From Macrostomum hystrix (taxonomy: Eukaryota; Animalia; Platyhelminthes), in the NCBI GenBank assembly GCA_950097015.1, contig CATNEN010000005.1, positions 4,650,001 through 4,714,000 of the forward strand: 64,000 bases of DNA. The letters run 5' to 3'. The notes below the pieces were generated by a model. The model was not told the DNA's origin, made no database searches, and was given only the letters and a program-made list of their open reading frames with translations. Position numbers and translations under genes: made by a program. Each line of letters begins with the position of its first letter. Within the stretch, counting starts at the first letter, position 1. Below, piece after piece: positions 1 to 20,417 of the stretch.

Positions 1-127
1 CAGGAATGGGAAGAAGATGAGAAGAGGGCAGGAATGGGAACAGGATGAGAGGAGGGCAGGAATGGGAAGAGGATGAGATGATGACAGGAGGAGAGCAGGT
101 TGAGCAGCTGTGCTCATCCATCCGCAG

Positions 128-731
128 GTACGTATTCGTGCCGGAGATCTATTCAGCCCTGTGGCAGCTGGAGCAGGAGGCGGAGCCGCATCGTCTGCCG
201 CAGTCTCGCCTGGATCTGTACCTGGCCGTATTCAAACTGCTCGACGCCTGCGTCCAACTCGACGAGTCGCAGGCCGCCATGTTTCACGCCTACAAATGGA
301 GCCTGGTTGGCGATCCGGAAGACGCCGCCCCGGTTACTTCTTCCGCATCCGGCGGCATCGCTGTATTCTCGCCTCTAGTTAATCGAGTCTGTCGTCGATT
401 GTGCCAGTTGCTAAGCAAGGCTGAAAACGGCTTTGCTCAGAGCAATAATAATACTTCTAATGCGAATATGCCTCAGCAGCCGGTTCATTCGTGTTGTCAA
501 AGGCTGAATTTGACTCGACTGGAATCTCTGTTGGAACTGCTGCCATTCCTTGTGGCTTTTGTTGACCGCTACGATCTGGGCAGACCTGCCCGACTGCTCT
601 CCGCTGGCCAGCCTATGGACCCGACTGCGGCCTGTGTGGCTGCTGACCAGCTGCCCTGCTCGCTGCACAGCTGCGACACCACTGCTCAGCGAGAGGAACT
701 CCTGCTCATGGACTTCATGGAGCCCGCTTAA
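128..731 (+). CDS. Probable terminal exon of an unidentified gene entering from the left edge
   Basis: GC-rich, non-repetitive open frame (YVFVPEIYSALWQLEQ...LLLMDFMEPA*) with a candidate acceptor ccatccgcag at 127. It follows a purine-rich repeat (1-95) and precedes a 21-bp array. No family recognised. Confidence 0.55.
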
Positions 732-815
732 ATTTGCTAACACGACTGCTGGGCAAATAATTCGGTTGCTATGGTGATGATGCGACTGCCCCTTCTCATT
801 TGTATCTCACTTCCT

Positions 816-1388
816 ACTCATTGTGTCTCACTGACTTCTCATTGTGTCTAACTGACTTCTCATTGTGTCTCACTGACTTCTCATTGTGTCTAACTGACTT
901 CTCATTGTGTCTCACTGCCTTCTCATTGTGTCTCACTGACTTCTCATTGTGTCTCACTGCCTTCTCATTGTGTCTCACTGACTTCTCATTGTGTCTCACT
1001 GACTTCTCATTGTGTCTCACTGACTTCTCATTGTGTCTAACTGCCTTCTCGTTGTGTCTCACTGCCTTCTCATTGTGTCTCACTGCCTTCTCATTGTGTT
1101 TTACTGCCTTCTCACTGTGTCTAACTGCCTTCTCATTGTGTCTAACTGCCTTCTCATTGTGTCTCACTGCCTTCTCATTGTGTCTTACTGCCTTCTCATT
1201 GTGTCTAACTGCCTTCTCATTGTGTCTCACTGCCTTCTCACTGTGTCTAACTGACTTCTCATTGTGTCTCACTGCCTTCTCATTGTGTCTAACTGCCTTC
1301 TCATTGTGTCTAACTGACTTCTCATTGTGTCTAACTGACTTATCATTGTGTCTAACTGACTTCTCATTGTGTCTCACTGCCTTCTCAT
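816..1388. repeat. 21-bp minisatellite (cttctcattgtgtctcactga/c)
   Basis: Direct tandem copies; source of the 7-aa-periodic ORFs 800..1396 and 814..1401. Confidence 0.95.
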
Positions 1389-1774
1389 ACATGTAGTACA
1401 TGTAGTGTACTACTCACAACATATCGGCAGTAGTACGTTTCATATGATATTTCAGAAATGTTACAATGGACTGCTTTCTAAAAATTTGTTTACGTGTCCT
1501 ACTGTTGTTTACTCTGCTAACCTAAAGGAAAGAGAACAATTACTTTAAACTTAATTGGTGTTCTTTGTTTTTCTCCGATGTACAGTTCTTCGTTATATTA
1601 TTCTTATTTATTCGTGTATATTCCGAAACGTTTTTTCATTTATTCCTAAATTTTGCTAACTAATTTTGTGATCAATTGTTTTGACAAATTTTTCCTATTT
1701 TTGCTACAAAGTATATATGGTTAAATTATAATAATATTTCATAAAGCTATAGCCTAATATCTTATTGTATGTTT

Positions 1775-2170
1775 AGGAATCTGCCTAAATCTTTCTAGGA
1801 ATCAGTCTAAATGATTTTTGGAATCAGCCCAAATGTTTCTCGGAATCAGCCCAAATGTTTCTAGGAATGAGCCCAGATTCTAGGAATCTGCCCAAAAAAA
1901 TTTGGAATCAGCCTTTTAGTTTCTAGTAATCGGTCTAAATGTTTCTAGGAATCAGCCTAAATGTTTCTAGGAATCAGCCTAGATGTTTTTATAAATCAGC
2001 CCAATTGTTTCTAGGAATCTGCCCAGATGTGTCTAGAAACCAACCTAATTGTATTGGAATCAGCCAAATGTGGCTAGAAATCTGCCCAGATGTGTCCAGG
2101 AATCTACCAAATGTTTTTAGGAATCAGCCCAAATAAGTCTTGGAATCAGTCCGAATTAGTCTAGGAATAA
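1775..2170. repeat. Degenerate 22-bp minisatellite (tttctaggaatcagcccaaatg)
   Basis: tttctagg recurs at a 22-bp spacing (e.g. 1942, 1964). Confidence 0.85.
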
Positions 2171-3775
2171 GCTCAGTATGTTGTTAGTTAAGTAAACTTA
2201 AAAAATTCTTCAGTTATTTTAAGTAGATAAAAGCATTGTGTTTGCGAAGTAAAGCTTAGAAATTGCATTGTCGAGATATTATAAAACCGTCATTATCTGA
2301 AGTAAATCTTTCTCAGAATTGCCTTCTACAATGAAGTTAATCGGGGATAAAGTGTTACGAATTGCCAATTGTATGATCCTATTCAAAGCTAAGCAAGTCT
2401 TCCCTCGGCACCATTTTCTTTCTGTGGAATTTCAAACATCAGTGGCTGCGCTTTTTTTATTCTTCGTGACCTTATGTTTCTACTTCCAGTAGGCTTGTTT
2501 GAAAAAAAGGTTATGAAATTGGTTTGTTTTCTTTCTAGAAAATTCCATAAGTATTGTGCTTAGTTTTTACACAGCCGGCGCATTTATCCGGTAGTTTCCT
2601 TTGTTGTTCAAAAATGAACCATTATAAACTATATCATCTTCGACGAATTGAACATTGAAAAAAATGACCTATAACTATTTTTTTGCTATCTGTCAGTCTC
2701 CAACGTACACAAACCCTTTCCGACTTCAAATTTTATTTTTTAGCTTATGTTTGCTCTGTTTTTTTTCAAGCCTTTTTTGTTTTCTGTTATCCGTTTATTA
2801 TAAAAAACTGCGATTGTTATATTTATATAGCCTGTTGTATCAATGACCCAATCCCTCAATTTTAGTTAGCTGGGCGCACGGGTCTATTTTCTGTATAATT
2901 TATATTCGCTTCTCTTTCTTAACATGCTGGAAATTAAAGTCTTTGAGTTTGCCCTGCGACCGTTGCAACCGAATGCTACGCTTTGATTGTCGTCGATGAT
3001 TCAAATTGTGTCACAGTTTAACTTGTCTTGCCCGAAAAAAAAGACTTTTGATTCCAGAATCAGCGGTACCTTTAAGGTGCTACAAAAATTTGTTCTTGCT
3101 TTATCTTGGCACAATATATTATAAATTTAAAGATACACACAGAAAGTAAATACAAAGCGGCTCTCACTCTAGCAAATGTGAATTTCGTTTGAATATTTTA
3201 ATCGGAACATGAAAACAACTATACTAACACATAAAGTTGTGTATGACAATATTCTCACAATCAGACTCTTTGTATTTAAATGGCACTATAGGCCGGCTGA
3301 CTAGATGGCTACTATACTAGTTAGATTTATCATAAAGCATTATTCCACTCAGCCAACGTCGTATCTCGCAAGTGCATTATTAGCCTTTGATAATTGTTTT
3401 CCAAAAAATGAAGTGTCCCGTCCTGCTTAAATCGGTCCTTGATCTGAACCTCTGGTTTAATTACATTCACGGTTAAAGCAAATTAAAACAAAATATAGTA
3501 CTTAATTGTTACTGCAAATTTTATATAACCCTTTTATGTCATGCTTTTTGTATATTATAAAATTTTAAACTTACACTAAAGTATTAAATTAAATAGATAT
3601 TTTTACTTTCTTGGAAAATCAGATATTTCAAAACTTTCTTTAAATTAGATTTTTCCTAGAAACGACAGCCTAAGCTTTGTCAATCTATTTCAACGTGTGT
3701 ATCCACTCAATTAGTAAATTACCTGTGCGAGCCTTTATTTTAAAAGAGTTTCTCAACTATATCATCCCCAAGGAT

Positions 3776-10839
<7,064 letters not shown>

Positions 10840-10867
10840 CCACAACTTTCTGAGCACAGTTTAAATA

Positions 10868-11170
10868 GGGATTTCAACTGGATTTCAACTGGATTGCTAT
10901 GGGAGTGGGATTTCAACCAGATTATGTTGCTATGGGAGTGGGATTTCAACCAGATTATGTTGCTATGGGAGTGGGATTTCAACCAGATTATGTTTCTATG
11001 GGAGTGGGATTTCAACCAGATTATGTTGCTATGGGAGTGGGATTTCAACCAGATTATGTTGCTATGGGAGTGGGATTTCAACCAGATTTTGTTGCTATCG
11101 GAGTGGGATTTCAACCAGATTATGTTGCTATGGGAGTGGGATTTCAGCCAGAATATGATGCTTTGGGAGT
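10868..11170. repeat. 33-bp minisatellite just after the KAT2 stop codon
   Basis: Tandem gatttcaaccagattatgttgctatgggagtgg. Confidence 0.95.
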
Positions 11171-11859
11171 GGTTTTATACCTAAATATTTCTATTTTATT
11201 TGCATTTTGGTGAAAATGAACTTTAACCAGGTGAATTTAAAGCTACTTTTACGACGTTTGTTGTACATTTTTAACGTACTGAAATTAATCTTTCTTCGCT
11301 GTTTTTACAAACTTTATTAATGCTTTGTAATACTTTCAAGCCGGTTATATTCAAAGTGTGAATTTATCTCAATCTTATTTAGTATGTTAATTGCGTTCAG
11401 CAGTTTGAATTTTTACGTTAGTATTGTTGGCAGCTGTGTATTATATAATTTGTTATAGTGCTTGTCGTTTGTCATTTTTAGCTGCAGTTTAAACTGTCTA
11501 CTTTAATTGTTTTACTTTTTTGTAACAAAAACATCGGTCTTTGTCCGATATTTGTCCGTTCGTAGTTTATTCTCATAAACATTAAGTTAGGGTTATTTTT
11601 ATTGGTTTCTTCGGCTAGTTTAAAATGCCGTTGCTACATTGCATATTTAACTTCTATATAAGCTCCTTTTAAGTCAAGGACATCTGCATGTAGCATTCTA
11701 ATATATATTAGATGCTACATAATGAAGTCTTTGTTTTGAATAGACCAGGTTTCTGTCTTAACTGTCGATTTCTTGGCAGTTGGTAAAAAATATGTTTTAT
11801 TTGTTCCATTTATCATTATTTTTAGATGCTTTAGATAATTAAAGCCCTCTTCACGATAT

Positions 11860-12540
11860 TTGACCAATCCCATCTCCTCCCTGATCCTCAAATTCGAAAA
11901 ATCCCATCTCATCCCTGATCCTCATATTTGACCAATCCCATCTCATCCCTGATCCTTATATTCGACAAATCCCATTTCATCCCTGATCCTCATTCGATAA
12001 ATCCCATTTCACCCCTTATCCTCATATTTGACTAATCCCATTTCATCCCTGATCCTCATTCGACAAATCCCATTTCACCCCTTATCCTCATATTTGACTA
12101 ATCCCATTTCATCCCTGATCCTCATTCGACAAATCCCATTTCACCCCTTATCCTCATATTTGACTAATCCCATTTCATCCCTGATCCTCATTCGACAAAT
12201 CCCATTTCATCCCTTATCCTCAAATTCGAAAAATCCCATCTCGTCCCTGATCCTCATATTTGACAATCCTATCTCGTCCCTGATCCTCATAATTGACAAT
12301 CCTATCTCGTCCCTGATCCTCATAATTGACAATCCTATCTCGTCCCTGATCCTCATAATTGACAATCCTATCTCGTCCCTGATCCTCATATTTGACCAAT
12401 CCTATCTCATCCCTGATCCTCATAATTGACAATCCCATTTCATCCCTTATCCTCATATTTGACCAATCCCATCTCATCCCTGATCCTCATATTCGACAAA
12501 TATCCCATTTCATCCCTTATCCTCATATTTGACAATCCCT
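11860..12540. repeat. About 33-bp minisatellite
   Basis: tccctgatcctcataattgacaatcctatctcg and variants. Confidence 0.9.
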
Positions 12541-13108
12541 TGTAGAATAAGAATTATTCTTACCTACTAATAATAAGAATTATGACTTGTAAGTCCCAGC
12601 TAAATAAATTTCGATGCATCATTTGTATACATACTATCAATGCCGTTAAATAAAACTGTTGTTGTAAATATTATAATTACTAGTTATGTAAATTAAATGA
12701 ATTGTGTGATTCAGCTTGTTGCATGCGTGTCAATTTTCTCTTGGGTCGGTGTCCGTCAGCTAATTTGGCTAATTCAATTTAGACACCGGGGGTGTCTATA
12801 CACAGCTGACTTACCGTACGATTCTTATCGTACTGCGATAAGAATAAAAACTAGAGATTTTCTAAGAGAAGCACAAACAAATTTCCGATGTATTTGTAAG
12901 CACTCGATTCATTCGAAAACTTAGCAGATTGGCGCAAATTTTTGAGCAGCTGAGTAAATTATGTTAGACACAACATAATATATTTTTTATGGAATTTTTA
13001 GCAAAAAATCTGATTATACAGTTTGAAGCAAGCAAAAAAGCTTTTTTTATTTTATGTACAGCGTGAAATAGTAAATTAATTAAGGTATTCTATAATCCTA
13101 AAACTCCT

Positions 13109-13195
13109 AGGGCTTGTGGACAAGTGGTAAGTTCGTCTGATATAAGACTTGAAGGTCGGGGGTTCGATTCCCTGACTGCACTAGAACAATTTCAG
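13109..13195 (+). mobile_element. tRNA-derived SINE head (family B)
   Basis: A-box-like tggacaagtggtaa and B-box ggttcgattcc. aaggtcgggggttcgattcc is shared with the copy at about 27300-27425. No acceptor stem. Confidence 0.55.
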
Positions 13196-14048
13196 TCCGG
13201 TAGCGAGACACGCAAATTAAGTTAAGTTAGTTTAATGGTTACCGGTATTAGATTGGGATAATTAAGAGTTGATGTGGTGACAACCCAAGTCCATGGACAT
13301 CTGTCAGTTGTAATTACTTATCAATAATATAAAGTTGGAAGTACAAAACTACTTTAGGAGCAAACAGGAAATGCAATAAGACAGAAGCACAAAGCGATAC
13401 AAAAGAGCAGAAAGTCGAGAGTAGAGAAATCAGCAAAACAAAAGTAAATAATAGTAACAATAAAGAGAAAATCAGTGTTTGCATCCAAAAGATTGGAAAA
13501 CTAAAATAAATTATCAGTTCACAGAGCATTATCCCTTGAGTGTCGGCTGTATGTATAAAGTTCTGAGAGACTGGTCTGTGACAAGTCAACCTGCTGATTG
13601 AAAATAATTATTAGTTACTCTAAAAATGGAAATACAAATACAAATTTTAGACGTTTTAAAGTACGGTTTTTTTGAAAAATTGTCACAATATTTATCGGCT
13701 TGGTAAACAAAAAATGTCAGTAAAAAATTTAGTCAATCGGTTTAAATGTTTGCGCAGAATTATATTGCTTTGTTGAAATATTTTCAACCGCTGACAGCTT
13801 ACTTCAATGAAGCTATTGAACAGTGTCCAATAAATATTAATTCCAATTTTTTTAATATGCACCGTATTATAATTGCATTTCAGAGATTTTAGAAATTAGA
13901 TTCTAGGGGACTTCACAGCAATAAAGATTTACCATTAAGATCTGAGGTAATAGAAATCTAATTTGATGCCATACATTTCTAGCGCAAACATGCTAAGCCT
14001 CAGATTATCTGGTATCATCAGGTATGAGAGATTCGCTTTAACAGCTGA

Positions 14049-17000
14049 TTAAGGCCTAGAGACAGCATGCTGCAATAGGCAGTCTGTACTTTTCATATCC
14101 TGGCCAATGACACCGCTGCCATTGTCCAGTTCTGCAGCCGGGCCGTCGGCCTCAACGACGGCGCGCGATTTGTCTTCAATAACGGGCGCCACCTTGTCGC
14201 TAGTTGGCGTTAAACAATCGTAGCCCAGACAGTCTGGACTGCTATCGTTAGATTCGGTCTCTGCGGCGATTCCATCCAACGGATTAGTGCCCTTCAAGCC
14301 CAGATCCGTGTCCTCGGGGATGCCGCACCTCTCCATCAGTTTCTGATTGAGCAGCTGGCGATAGGTTCGATCGATTGGATAAAAGTACATCAACAATAGG
14401 GAGACGGCGATGCAGAATACGGGCCCCGGACCAACTAGATAGCGCAGAGCCAGTCCAACAGACTCTGGCTGGTTGCACTCTCTGGAGCTGTCGTAGCCGC
14501 TGACACTCAAGGCCAGCTGTGACATGGCCAGACTGATTCCGCTGGCAAACTTGGTGAAGAACACGTACAGGGAGTAGAACACAGACTCTTTGCGTTCGCC
14601 GTTGGCAACGTAATAGTCGTCAATAACATCTGGCAGCATTGACCAGGGCATCAGCATGGCAACAGAAATTGATAGACCCGACACTGCGCAAACCGAATAG
14701 TAGCTTAGCAAACTTTCGGCTGGCATGAAAGTTGCGAATAGCAGACAGGGAAACATCGGCTGGAAGGTGGGGGTTCAGAATTCACTTAGATTTAAAGAGG
14801 CATTAATCATTATCTCACTGGTCGTTCCCTTCTTATCCCACTGGCATTTACATCATTCCCTACTTATCCCACTGGCATTTACATCACTCCCTACTTATCC
14901 CACTGGCATTTCGGTCATTCCCTACTTATCCTACTGGCATTTAGGTCATTCCCTACTTATCCTACTGGCATTTAGGTCATTCCCTACTTACCCTACTGGC
15001 ATTTAGGTCATTCCCTACTTACCCTACTGGCATTTAGGTCATTCCCTAATTACCCTAATTGCATTTAGGTCATTCCCTACTTACCCTACTGGCATTTAGG
15101 TCATTCCCTTCTTACCCTACTGGCATTTAGGTCATTCCCTTCTTACCCTACTGGCATTTAGGTCATTCCCTACTTATCCCACTGAGATTTAGGTCATTCC
15201 CTACTTATCCCACTGGGATTTAGGTCATTCCCTTCTTACCCTACTGGCATTTAGGTCATTCCCTACTTACCCTACTGGCATTTAGGTCATTCCCTACTTA
15301 TCCCACTGGCATTTAGGTCATTCCCTACTTATCCCACTGGCATTTAGGTCATTCCCTACTAATCCTCATGGGATTTAGGTCATTCCCTACTTATCCCACT
15401 GGCATTTAGGTCATTCCCTACTTATCCCACTGGGATTTAGGTCATTCCCTACTAATCCTCATGGGATTTAGGTCATTCCTTACTTATCCCACTGGGATTT
15501 AGGTCATTCCCTACTTATCATACTTGGATTTAGGTCATTCCCTACTTACCCTACTGGCATTTAGGTCATTCCCTACTTATCCCACTGAGATTTAGGTCAT
15601 TCCCTACTTATCCCACTGGGATTTAGGTCATTCCCTACTTATCCCACTGAGATTTAGGTCATTCCCTACTTATCCCACTGGGATTTAGGTCATTCCCTAC
15701 TTATCCCACTGGGATTTAGGTCATTCCCTACTTTTCTGACAGGATTTTAGTTTATTATTATTCCCTAATTTTAATTTCTCCCCAATTATCCCCATAGGTC
15801 GTTGCCCCATGCCTTTATTTACTACCCACTTCAGTTTATATGATCAGTTTATCACAATCCTTTTGTTTCATAGAAAGCGCAGCACAGCTCACCACAAGGC
15901 CGCACATAAAGATCTTCTTCTTCCCAAACATATCGGCCATTTTGTACCAGAATGGGACGCAGAGGACGGCAACAAACAGTACGGTGAGGATGCCGAAGCT
16001 CATGTGACTGCCCAGCTTCATGCTGTGGGTTGTGTACAGTCCGAGATTGGCTTGCACAATCTGAAATTTAGGGAGGGAAAAACTGTTTTACTTTTGATCA
16101 GAAACTAGCTAGCTAGATCTAAGAAAATTGTAAATGACGCTTGTCAGGAACTGGAAATGGCACTTATTTAGGAACTGGAAATGGCACTTATTTAGTAACT
16201 GGAAATGGCACTTATTTAGTAACTGGAAATGGCACTTTTTTAGTAACTGGAAATGGCACTTATTTAGTAACTGGAAATGGCACTAATTTAGTAACTGGAA
16301 ATGGCACTTATTTAGGAACTGGAACTGGCACTTATTTAGTAACTGGAAATGGCACTTGTTTAGGAACTGGAAATGGCACTCATTTAGTAACTGGAAATGG
16401 CACTCATTTAGTAACTGGAAATGGCACTTATTTAGTAACTGGAAATGGCACTCATTTAGTAACTGGAAATGGCACTTATTTAGGAACTGGAAATGGCACT
16501 TATTTAGTAACTGGAAATGGCACTAATTTAGTAACTGGAAATGGCACTTATTTAGGAACTGGAACTGGCACTTATTTAGTAACTGGAAATGGCACTTGTT
16601 TAGGAACTGGAAATGGCACTCATTTAGTAACTGGAAATGGCACTCATTTAGTAACTGGAAATGGCACTTATTTAGTAACTGGAAATGGCACTCATTTAGT
16701 AACTGGAAATGGCACTTATTTAGGAACTGGAAATGGCACTTATTTAGTAACTGGAAATGGCACTTATTTAGTAACTGGAAATGGCACTTATTTAGTAACT
16801 GGAAATGGCACTTATTTAGTAACTGGAAATGGCACTTATTTAGTAACTGGAAATGGCACTCATTTAGTAACTGGAAATGGCACTCATTTAGTAACTGGAA
16901 ATGGCACTTATTTAGTAACTGGAAATGGCACTTATTTAGGAACTGGAAATGGCACTTATTTAGGAACTGGAAATGGCACTTATTTAGGAACTGGAAATGG

Positions 17001-20000
17001 CACTTATTTAGTAACTGGAAACGGCACTAATTTAGTAACTGGAAATGGCACTTATTTAGGAACTGGAAATGGCACTTATTTAGTAACTGGAAACGGCACT
17101 AATTTAGTAACTGGAAATGGCACTTGTTTAGGAACTGGAAATGGCACTCATTTAGTAACTGGAAATGGCACTTATTTAGTAACTGGAAATGGCACTCATT
17201 TAGTAACTGGAAATGGCACTTATTTAGTAACTGGAAATGGCACTTATTTAGTAACTGGAAATGGCACTTATTTAGGAACTGGAAATGGCACTTATTTAGT
17301 AACTGGAAATGGCACTTATTTAGTAACTGGAAATGGCACTTATTTAGTAACTGAAAATGGCACTTATTTCGGAACTGGAAATGGCACTAAATTAGGAACT
17401 GGAAATGACACTTCAGTAGGAACTGGAAATGACACTTCAGTAGGAACTGGAAATGGCACTTATTTAGGAACTGGAAATGACACTTCAGTAGGAACTGGAA
17501 CTGGCACTAATTTAGGAACTGTAAATGGCACTTCAGTAGGAACTGGAAATGGCACTTTTTAAGTAACTATAAAAAGCACTTTTTAGAAACATGGAATCGC
17601 CTTTCTTTCAAGTTGACCGACAAACAATAACTGTTTAAAGTACAAAACTGCACAGCTACTAGCTAGTCTCACCTGGATGCCAAGCGACATAAACAAGAAA
17701 GCGAACATGAGCAGCAGGTAAGGCTTGAATGTGAGTACGCAGGAAATATTCTTGAAGAACGAATCGCGCCTAAATTTGTCCTTAACTCGCTCTTTGATGC
17801 CGAAAATGGCAAATATGCCACAGATAAAGTAGATCGCGGCAATTATGCCAGCCGCAGTCATGTAGCTTTGGCGCTGAAATTGTAACGAGTTCGATTGTAA
17901 CGAATTGTAGCGATTAACGATTAAAAACGAATAACGAATACAAGTAGCGAATTTCAATTTTTAAGTAACGATTTACAATTCTTTATTAACTGCATTATAG
18001 TTTAGCAGTCTATCTGCATAAATAAATTAACCTTAAGTTTACTTAATGCTAAAAGTGATTGTGAACCACTGACCTCTTGAAATTTTTGCCAATCAGTCAC
18101 GTTGAGCGAATCAGCGCTTGAGTCTGGCAGACACTTTGAGTTCACACGCTTGGAATTGATAATAATGCCGAATACACCGCTGCCAATGATGGTGAAGATC
18201 AGTTCGAATCCTATTCGAGAAGCGGTGGCGCCGTCCTTGTCGCCCGGATTGTTAGATATGAGCACAGTTGAGGAGGTGTAGGGCACGTGGTAGCACTGAG
18301 AAGGGATGGTAGAGTCATTTGATCGATAATTATTTCTGGCAGTGATTTTAGTAGCAATATAATATGATAGAGATAGGATAAGGCAAGATAAGGTACGAGC
18401 TAAGATAGGGTAAGATATGGTAAAATAAGATAGGCCTAAGGTAAGATAGGGTAAGATAAAAGATAAGATAAGATAAGGTAAGATATGGTAGGATAAGATA
18501 GGATACGATAAGGTAAAAATGATAGATAGGATCAGACGAGTGTAATTAAGATATGAGATAAGCAAATAAGTGATAAAGATGCTCGATTAAATAACATCAG
18601 AGGAGTGGATTTGAGAGACGAGATAAGACGAGATAGGATGCGATAAGATGAGACGAGACGAGATAAGATAAGATGAGATGAGATGAGATAAGATTAGATT
18701 AGATGAGATTAGATGAGATTAGATGAGACAAGATGAGATAAGACGAGATGAGATAAGATGAAGCGAGATGAGATAAGATGAGATAAGATGAGATTAGATG
18801 AGATAAGATGAGATTAGATAAGATTAGATGAGATAAGATGAGACGAGATGAGATAAGACGAAGCGAGATGAGATAAGATGAAATAAGATGAGATTATATG
18901 AGATAAGATGAGATTAGATGAGATAAGATGAGATTAGATGAGATTAGATGAGATTAGATGAGATGAGATGAGACGAGATAAGATGAGACGAGAGGAGATC
19001 CAAAATCTGCATGACTAGCTAGGTAGGCAACTCACAGTAATTAGAGCGCAGTAGGCCAAATAGCAGGCAAAATAGTAGAAGAAAGCTGGCACAGTGTTGT
19101 TTGCGCCATCAGCCTGCTGATCAGGGATGTTGATCCACATGAGAAAGAATGACACAGGACCAAGCAGGGTGGCGGCTATTAGCCAAGGCTTAGTGCGGCC
19201 AAATCGAGTCTTTGTTCGGAACACGAGCTGGCCAACTAATGGATCGGTGATAGCGTCCCAGGCTCTGCCGGAGAATGTGATGATGGAGACGTTAACAGGC
19301 GACATACGCACTACTTCTAGTAGGAATAGGCTGAAAAAGAAGCCGCAAATATTGCCAGTCATCTGTAATGGCGGTGCGGCCAAACCGAACAGAATCTTCC
19401 GACAGATTGAGAGGCTGCCACCGCCCGAACGGATTGCCTGCGGCTCTGGTTGCTTCTCTTCATCGTTCTATAGATAGTCAAGTTGGGGAGAATGAGATTG
19501 GCAGATGATTCTCGCAACTCTAAAATCCCTAGCTCATTACCCCTTATCCCAATAGGATTTCGAGCAGGTCTTTATCCTTTATCGTTCCGGGATTTTTAGC
19601 TGGTCTTAATCCCTTATCGAACTGAGATTTTTAATAGGTCTTTATCCCTTATTCAATCGGGATTTCTATTGGGTCATTGTCCCTTATCCTACCGGGATTT
19701 CTTGCAGGTCTTTATCCCTCATCCTACTGGGATTTCTAGTGGGTCATTATCCCAGTTATCCTACCGGGATTTCTAGTAGGTCTTTATCCTTTATCATACC
19801 GGGATTTCTAGCTCGTCTTTATCCCTTATCCAACTGAGATTTCTAGTAGGATATATCCTAGGTCTTTATCCCTTATCCAACTGAGATTTCTAGTAGGATA
19901 TATCCTAGGTCTTTATCCCTTATTTTACTTAGACTTCTAGCAGGTCTTTATCCTTTATCATGACCGGGATTTCTAGCAAGTCTTTATCCCTCACCCAACA

Positions 20001-20417
20001 GAGATTTCTATAGTAGGATATATCCGAGGTCTTTAACCCTTTTCCTACTGGGATTTCTAGCAGGTCATTATCCCTTATCCTACTGGGATTTCTTACTGTG
20101 CCAAATGAACGATTGGGCAGTTTATAACCTCAAAATATTGTGACATTTAGTTTCACTGATAATTAAACTAAGTAGACTGCTTACACAAGAATAACATATC
20201 ATTAACAAACGACTCGATAATTGCTTATCTTTTTAAATTACAAGCATTTCTCGGTGAGAAAACTGACACGTAAACTTAGTAAACCACTCTAATGACTCGT
20301 ATTTGAGCTGCGCTGCTCAACAAAGATAAGAAAATGTATATAAATTAGTAATTAAAGTGACAGTTTTAAGTGGCATTTCAAACTTACCATGATAGGGTTT
20401 TCACACTTGTCATGCAT
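14049..20417 (-). CDS. MFSD2A: MFSD2A/B-like Na+-dependent lysolipid MFS transporter, 6 exons, about 587 aa
   Basis: Exons (minus strand) 20417-20388, 19467-19036, 18295-18074, 17873-17673, 16060-15893 and 14759-14049; all phase 0, GT-AG. Motifs GRAWDAITDPLVG, TRFGRTKPW, YHVPY, PWSMLPDVIDDY, FYSLYVFFTKFASG. Exon 1 (MHDKCENPIM) is the least certain. Confidence 0.92.
14800..15735. repeat. 31-bp minisatellite in MFSD2 intron 5
   Basis: Tandem ccctacttatcccactgg(c/g)atttaggtcatt. Confidence 0.95.
16145..17560. repeat. 24-bp minisatellite in MFSD2 intron 4
   Basis: Tandem gtaactggaaatggcacttattta; source of ORF 16141..17562. Confidence 0.95.
18345..18995. repeat. Pentamer microsatellite (AGATA/AGATG variants) in MFSD2 intron 2
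   Basis: Run of gagat/aagat/tagat pentamers. Confidence 0.9.
19520..20095. repeat. Degenerate minisatellite of about 35 bp in MFSD2 intron 1
   Basis: gggatttctag...ggtctttatcccttatcc variants. Confidence 0.8.

Noticed and set aside
10868-11170. Repeated gttgctatgg (X-box half site) in the 33-bp array, and gttgctatggtgat at 765
   Set aside because: The second half-site is imperfect and both lie 3' of genes; insufficient support for a regulatory role.
13109-13195. tRNA genes at 13109, 27300 and 44997
   Set aside because: Only A/B-box similarity is present; there is no pairing acceptor stem or cloverleaf, and the sequence continues into shared non-tRNA bodies, so these are better explained as SINE heads.
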